Assembly: GCA_044348705.1 (NCBI GenBank)
Contig: JBIKSH010000005.1
Coordinates: 25,552 to 89,551 of the forward strand
Reading direction: 5' to 3'
Source: Rhodoluna sp.
Lineage (GTDB): Bacteria > Actinomycetota > Actinomycetes > Actinomycetales > Microbacteriaceae
Length of the DNA: 64,000 nucleotides
Shown: in pieces, positions 58,307-64,000 of the stretch
Position numbering within the stretch: position 1 is the stretch's first letter
How the letters are laid out: each line of letters begins with the position of its first letter
The notes under the pieces: model-generated
Databases searched by the model: none
Told to the model about the DNA's origin: nothing
The model's input: only the letters and a program-made list of their open reading frames with translations
Program-made: the position numbers and the translations under genes

Positions 58307-58986
58307 TAGTTGCCTCCGAGCGCCTTGATCGCCGCGATGGCCGCCTCAGACTCGGCACCTTTGCGGCTTCTGGCTTCGCCCGCGGACACCACTTCGCCCA
58401 CCGTTACAGTCGCGCTGAAAATTCGATCGTGATCTGGGCCGGTGTGAGTGGTTTCATAAGCCGGCGCTGCGAGACCTCGTTCTTGAGCGATTTCTTGAAG
58501 CTTGGTTTTTGGCTCGCTGTTGAGCAATAGGTCGATGTGGTTATCGAGCAGCGGAAAAATGAACCGCTCAACCAATTCACTCGCGCGAGTCAGGCCGTGT
58601 TCGACATAGATTGCACCGAGAATCGCCTCGAATGCATCGGCAAGAAGGTTTCCTTTGTCGCGACCACCGGTTTTCTCTTCACCCTTGCCGAGAAGCAAAA
58701 ACGAACCGATGTCGATTCCAGCGGCAACCTCGGCGAGAGCCTTTGCAGAGACAACCGAGTTTTTCAGGCTAGAAAGTTCGCCCTCTTGAAGCTCTCCGAA
58801 CCTCTTGTAAAGCTCCGCGGTAACAACAAAACCCAACACCGAGTCGCCTAGAAACTCCAGGCGTTCGTTGTTGGGTTGCTTGCCGTTCTCATACGAGTGA
58901 GAACGATGAGTAAGTGCTTGGGTCAGTAGGTCTTGGCTTATCGAAACGCCGAGACGCTCGATTAAGACTTCAAGCCCGTGACTCAA
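58306..58986 (-). CDS. rnc: Ribonuclease III
   Basis: ..ALTHRS........NERLEFLGDSVL.......LY......EG.L......V.. plus a dsRBD at the C-terminus. 226 aa. Its TAG overlaps the mutM GTG by 1 nt. Confidence 0.94.
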   Translation of the reverse strand: MSHGLEVLIERLGVSISQDLLTQALTHRSHSYENGKQPNNERLEFLGDSVLGFVVTAELYKRFGELQEGELSSLKNSVVSAKALAEVAAGIDIGSFLLLGKGEEKTGGRDKGNLLADAFEAILGAIYVEHGLTRASELVERFIFPLLDNHIDLLLNSEPKTKLQEIAQERGLAAPAYETTHTGPDHDRIFSATVTVGEVVSAGEARSRKGAESEAAIAAIKALGGN

Positions 58987-58992
58987 AAGTCT

Positions 58993-59196
58993 TTAGGCGT
59001 CTGCTACCTTGCGGCCCTTGTACTCAAGGAACAGGGCGTTACCTGTTGAGTCCTCGACTACCTTGGCGCGGTGAGGCATGCTGTAGACGGTCTTACCGTT
59101 GACAACGGTCTTGACCAGGGTGACCTCGGCGGCCTTCCACTGCGAACGGCGTGAGTGAGTACGGCTGCGGGAGAGGCGTCTTTTAGGTACTGGCAT
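58993..59196 (-). CDS. rpmF: 50S ribosomal protein L32 (67 aa, no CxxC zinc-knuckle cysteines)
   Basis: [22 protein letters not shown].. from ATG 59196. The track start at 59232 adds 12 unrelated residues. It lies directly downstream of the yceD-like gene, as in most bacteria. Confidence 0.92.
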   Translation of the reverse strand: MPVPKRRLSRSRTHSRRSQWKAAEVTLVKTVVNGKTVYSMPHRAKVVEDSTGNALFLEYKGRKVADA

Positions 59197-59198
59197 CT

Positions 59199-59705
59199 CT
59201 AATCTTCCTTCAAGTTTGTTAGCGCATTCCACCTCGGGTCAACCGGGGCTTCGTGAGCGTGTTGCGGGTCTTCATTCAACTTCGCACCACACGTTACGCA
59301 CAGACCTTTACAGCCTGCACTACAAACGGGTTGGAACGGAAGAGACAAAACTACCGCGTCTCTGATGACCTGATCTAAATCGATTGACTCGTTTTCGACC
59401 ACGAAGTCATCTTCGCTTGTTCCAGAATAGGCGAAAAGCTCCTGAAATTCCACCTCAACCGCCGAATCAATCGGGTCGAGACATCTGCTGCATTCACCGG
59501 ATGCTGTCGCAAAAGCATCTCCGGTAACCAAAACGCCCTCGTGCACCGACTCAAAACGGGCGTCGATCTCGATGGTTGAGCCCGCCGGAATGCCGATTGC
59601 GAAGTTTGCCATTGGCTCATCGATCACAACATCCAGTTGCTTTTCACGCATGGTGCCTGGCTTGTTGATCAGATCGTGAACGGGTATTAAAAGTGCGTCA
59701 CTCAT
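59199..59705 (-). CDS. YceD-family (DUF177) protein
   Basis: ..C.RCL.P.........F.E.F........ and C-terminal ..C...CKGLC..CG..LN... 168 aa. Confidence 0.88.
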   Translation of the reverse strand: MSDALLIPVHDLINKPGTMREKQLDVVIDEPMANFAIGIPAGSTIEIDARFESVHEGVLVTGDAFATASGECSRCLDPIDSAVEVEFQELFAYSGTSEDDFVVENESIDLDQVIRDAVVLSLPFQPVCSAGCKGLCVTCGAKLNEDPQHAHEAPVDPRWNALTNLKED

Positions 59706-60193
59706 TAGTTTTTGAATTTCTTTTCGATAAGTTTCTGAACCGGCTTGGCGACGTATTTGCGCACGTCTCCCCCGTTTTGGGCGAGCTGGCGAACCAGACT
59801 CGAAGAAATGTGGGAAAGCTCAGGCGCTGAGATCAAAATTGCGGTTTCGATGCCACTCAATTCGCGGTTAATCTGCGCCATCGGAAACTCGAAGTCGACA
59901 TCGGTGGCAGAACGCGCGCCCTTAACGATCACATCGGCACCAACATCCGTGCACAAATCAACCAGCAGCCCAGATTCGAGAGCAACCACGCGGATGCCCG
60001 ACAAACCGGCCTCGGAAAGGGTCTGTTCTACCAACTCAACCCGGTCGACCAACGAAAACATCGGTGCCTTGTTTGGGTTGTGAACCACCGCGATGACGAG
60101 TTCGTCGAAAAGTTCACTGGCGCGCTCGGCGATGTCGAGGTGCCCAATGGTGAACGGGTCGAACGACCCTGGATAAACAGCGATTTTTGGCAT
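59705..60193 (-). CDS. coaD: Pantetheine-phosphate adenylyltransferase
   Basis: MPKIAVYPGSFDPFT.GHLDI..RA..LFDE..... and ..ISSS.VR... 162 aa. Confidence 0.95.
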   Translation of the reverse strand: MPKIAVYPGSFDPFTIGHLDIAERASELFDELVIAVVHNPNKAPMFSLVDRVELVEQTLSEAGLSGIRVVALESGLLVDLCTDVGADVIVKGARSATDVDFEFPMAQINRELSGIETAILISAPELSHISSSLVRQLAQNGGDVRKYVAKPVQKLIEKKFKN

Positions 60194-60239
60194 GCCTCTA
60201 GGTTACCTGTGACGGGGTGTCGGTTGCGATGGGGCTGTT

Positions 60240-62429
60240 CTAAGTTTTGGCTAGGTTTTCTTGAGCCTGCTGGTCGATTCGCTCGAGGGCTTCGGCGAGC
60301 GCTGGGTGCTTCTCGAGGGTTGGATCACTTTCGAAAACTTTCGCAACCATGCCACGAACTTCGCCGATAAGAGCTGCGTCTTGAACCACTCTGAGCAGTT
60401 TCAGTGACGAGCGACCGCCCGACTGCGACTTACCGAGCACGTCGCCCTCGCGACGAAGTTCGAGGTCGATTTCGCTGAGTTTGAAGCCATCGGTGGTTGA
60501 GGCGACCGCCGTTAGGCGTTCGAGTGAAACGCTACCGGGCTCGGCAGTGGTGAGCAGTAGACACAAGCCAGGCAAGCCGCCACGGCCAACTCGGCCGCGC
60601 AACTGGTGTAACTGCGAGATTCCGAAGCGGTCGGCATCGAGCACGACCATGACAGTTGCGTTTGGCACGTCGACACCCACCTCGATCACGGTGGTGCTCA
60701 CCAGAACGTCGATTTCTTTTGCCACAAAGCGGGCCATCACCTCAGCCTTTTGCTCTGAGCTCATTCGACCGTGCAAGACGTCGATGTTGACACCGGCAAG
60801 AGTTGGGTTGAGCTTCAACCCCTCGGCAACGCTCAACGCTGCGGCGAGCGGCGCCTTAGGTTCGGTCGCGGCGGCCATTTCGACGAGGTCTTCGGCCGAA
60901 ACATCCTCTTCGTCAACAAACCCTTCGGCTAACTCTGGCTCGGCATCTGCCTCATCGATTCGCGGGCAAACCACGAAGGCCTGACGCCCAGCTGCAACCT
61001 CTTCGGCAACACGCGCCCAAACCCTGGAGACTAGACCACCCTGATTGATTTGCACCACGTGACTGGTGATTTCTTTGCGGCCAGCCGGCAACTCGGTGAG
61101 GGTCGAGACATCTAGGTCGCCAAACACGGTCACCGCTAGTGTGCGCGGAATCGGCGTTGCCGTCATGGTTAACACGTGCGGAGGCAACTTGCCCTTGAGG
61201 CGCAGGGCCTCGCGCTGCTCAACCCCGAAGCGGTGCTGCTCGTCAACCACAATCAAGCCGAGGTCAAGAAACTCAACCTTGTCTGCAATCAGTGCGTGCG
61301 TGCCGACCACCAACTGCGCCTTGCCACTAACAATCTGCAGCAGCGCGCGCTTGCGATCGGCAACAGACTGCTGACCGGTGAGCAGTGTGAGACCGACCTT
61401 TTTGGCCAGTTCGCTACCCAAAGTGCGCTCGATCGAGGCAAAGTGCTGTGACGCCAGCACCTCGGTTGGTGCAATCAGCGCAGACTGACCGCCCGAGTCG
61501 GCAACGGCAAGCATGGCGCGAACCGCAACCAAGGTCTTTCCCGAACCAACTTCACCCTGCAAAAGGCGATTCATCGGATGCTCGGCACTCAGGTCTTCGA
61601 GAATCTGTTGCCCGATCTCAACCTGACCGCGAGTCAACTCAAAGGGCAGTGCGGCGTCGAAGGTCTCTAGAGCACCGCCCGCGGCAGGAACTCGCGGCGT
61701 GGTCTTGGTGTGCGAATTATCGGCTCGACGCTTGAGCAGCGTGGCTTGAAGCAAGAACGCCTCGTGAAAACGCAGGGTGTCTCGCGCCGCTTGCCAATCG
61801 GTGGCCACGGCAGGTCGGTGAATTTTCGCAATCGCGTCAGAAAGCCCAAGCAAACCCTCGGCCTTCGCAATTTCAGTCGGCACTTCGTCTTCGATCGGGG
61901 CGAGAGTGTCTAGCACAACGCCCATGGCTCGGGCGATCATCCACGTGGTCACCGCCGAAGCGGCCGGGTAAATCGGAATCGGCAGGTCTGCCCAGGCTTT
62001 TGCCGCGCTCTGGTCTACCTCTTCGGCGAACAACTCGTAATCGGGGTGGGTCAGCTGCAGTTTGCCCTGATACGCGCCGATCTTGCCGGCGAAAAGCCCA
62101 CGAACCCCCGGCTTGAGCGTCTGAGCTCGCCAGGCCTGGTTGAAAAACGTGAGCGAAAGCACGCCGTTGCCATCGGTGATGCGCACCTCGAGAATGCTGC
62201 CCTTGCGACCCGTCATGCGGCGCTCGCGCACATCGACAATCTCGGCAACGATCGAAACCGACTCGCCAATTGGCAGGTCGGCGATGGGTGTTAGTTCACC
62301 ACGCGAAGAATAACGACGCGGATAGTGGGTTAGCAGGTCGGCAACGGTTTTTAGCCCCAGATGGCGCGCGAAAGACTTGGCGGTTCGGTCACCCAAAACG
62401 CGGTCTAGCGGCTCAAGAGGTAAAAGCAT
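60240..62429 (-). CDS. recG: ATP-dependent DNA helicase RecG
   Basis: N-terminal ..DLL.HYPRRY.., a wedge domain, helicase motifs GEVGSGKT, DEQHRFGV, MTATPIPRT, and ..LHG.M....K..VM..F... 729 aa. Confidence 0.95.
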   Translation of the reverse strand: MLLPLEPLDRVLGDRTAKSFARHLGLKTVADLLTHYPRRYSSRGELTPIADLPIGESVSIVAEIVDVRERRMTGRKGSILEVRITDGNGVLSLTFFNQAWRAQTLKPGVRGLFAGKIGAYQGKLQLTHPDYELFAEEVDQSAAKAWADLPIPIYPAASAVTTWMIARAMGVVLDTLAPIEDEVPTEIAKAEGLLGLSDAIAKIHRPAVATDWQAARDTLRFHEAFLLQATLLKRRADNSHTKTTPRVPAAGGALETFDAALPFELTRGQVEIGQQILEDLSAEHPMNRLLQGEVGSGKTLVAVRAMLAVADSGGQSALIAPTEVLASQHFASIERTLGSELAKKVGLTLLTGQQSVADRKRALLQIVSGKAQLVVGTHALIADKVEFLDLGLIVVDEQHRFGVEQREALRLKGKLPPHVLTMTATPIPRTLAVTVFGDLDVSTLTELPAGRKEITSHVVQINQGGLVSRVWARVAEEVAAGRQAFVVCPRIDEADAEPELAEGFVDEEDVSAEDLVEMAAATEPKAPLAAALSVAEGLKLNPTLAGVNIDVLHGRMSSEQKAEVMARFVAKEIDVLVSTTVIEVGVDVPNATVMVVLDADRFGISQLHQLRGRVGRGGLPGLCLLLTTAEPGSVSLERLTAVASTTDGFKLSEIDLELRREGDVLGKSQSGGRSSLKLLRVVQDAALIGEVRGMVAKVFESDPTLEKHPALAEALERIDQQAQENLAKT

Positions 62430-62435
62430 GGTTCA

Positions 62436-62441
62436 ATGCTA
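62436..62441 (-). promoter_or_regulatory. Candidate -10 TAGCAT placed for a leaderless recG transcript
   Basis: The minus strand reads TAGCAT-tgaacc-ATG, with 6 nt between hexamer and start codon. The hexamer is the reverse complement of the ATGCTA that the ORF track uses as the rsmD start. Confidence 0.35.
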
Positions 62442-62444
62442 GAC

Positions 62445-63014
62445 ATGACAAGAATTATCGGAGGCATCGCGGGCTCGAGAAAACTCGTTTCGCCGGCCAA
62501 AACCACCAGACCAACCTCCGACCGAATTCGCGAAAGCCTGTTTTCAAAGCTTGAAGCCCGCGATTTGCTCGAGTCGAGCCACGTTCTCGACCTTTATGCC
62601 GGCACCGGCGCTCTAGCTCTAGAGGCCGTCAGCCGCGGCGCAAGCGTCGCCTGGATGGTTGAGCGTGACGGCAAGGCAGCGGCTGTATGCGTGGCAAATG
62701 CCCGCCTGGTGCAGAAGGCCCTGCAAGACGAAGAACTCGAGGCCGAAACCAAGGTTGTGAACAAGTCGGTCGCTGCGATGCTAGCAGGCGAAGCATCCAC
62801 TCGCTTTGACATTGTCTTCATCGACCCGCCATACGAGGTCACAAACGATGAGGTCACTGCCAACTTGACGGCGTTAGAGGCGCATTTGAACGCGGATGCT
62901 GTGGTGGTTGTCGAGCGATCAAGCCGCTCTGGCGCGGTGAGTGCGCCGAAATACCTGAAGCTTGATGAAGAAAAAAGTTACGGCGATACCGTGCTGTATT
63001 TCTATTCGACCTAA
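62445..63014 (+). CDS. rsmD: 16S rRNA (guanine966-N2)-methyltransferase RsmD
   Basis: MTRIIGG.....L..P....TRPTSDR.RE.LF..L.........VLDLYAGTGALALEA.SRGA......E.. and DPPY motif (FIDPPYE). ATG 62445 gives the usual MTRIIGG N-terminus. ATG 62436 (track) is also possible. Confidence 0.88.
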   Translation: MTRIIGGIAGSRKLVSPAKTTRPTSDRIRESLFSKLEARDLLESSHVLDLYAGTGALALEAVSRGASVAWMVERDGKAAAVCVANARLVQKALQDEELEAETKVVNKSVAAMLAGEASTRFDIVFIDPPYEVTNDEVTANLTALEAHLNADAVVVVERSSRSGAVSAPKYLKLDEEKSYGDTVLYFYST

Positions 63015-63029
63015 ACCAGTCTCGAGCGA

Positions 63030-64000
<971 letters not shown>

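Overview
This 64-kb chromosomal window comes from a tightly packed, moderately high-GC genome. I infer it is actinobacterial from gene content and synteny only. The order rpsB-tsf-pyrH-frr-cdsA ... xerC-dprA-comM-yraN-DUF2469-rnhB-lepB-rplS-trmD-rimM-KH-rpsP-ffh-ftsY-smc-mutM-rnc-rpmF-yceD-coaD-recG matches, from memory, the Mycobacterium tuberculosis Rv2889c-Rv2973c region. I call about 58 protein genes and 2 tRNAs (Arg-TCT, His-GTG). I saw no rRNA, CRISPR array, transposase, integrase (other than XerC) or phage genes. Most of the window (about 8.5-64 kb) is housekeeping: gatCAB, ligA, mnmA, a cysteine desulfurase, the GlgE-pathway genes glgX-glgE-glgB, translation and cell-division genes, SRP/SMC, and DNA repair. 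The accessory-looking part is the left 8.3 kb. It holds a 5'-truncated giant adhesin-like repeat protein of more than 2159 aa with no sortase signal. It also holds a three-gene membrane cluster on the minus strand: a YqhA/UPF0114-like gene, a complete heliorhodopsin with all signature residues, and a DoxX-like gene that follows the heliorhodopsin stop codon almost directly. Heliorhodopsins have no settled function, so this cluster is the best lead here, but I do not claim a proven new system. Other points: a recurrent -10-like hexamer (GG)TAGACT in intergenic regions; a roughly 45-nt element duplicated upstream of rplS and rpsP; three candidate leaderless genes; head-to-head recG/rsmD start codons; many 1-nt TAATG gene overlaps and shared stop tetranucleotides; a 564-aa envelope protein with an internal Tat-like lipoprotein signal; three DivIVA-domain proteins. 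Several ORF-track N-termini look over-extended, and I corrected them where the sequence supports a better start. All family assignments come from reading motifs by eye and need HMM or BLAST confirmation.
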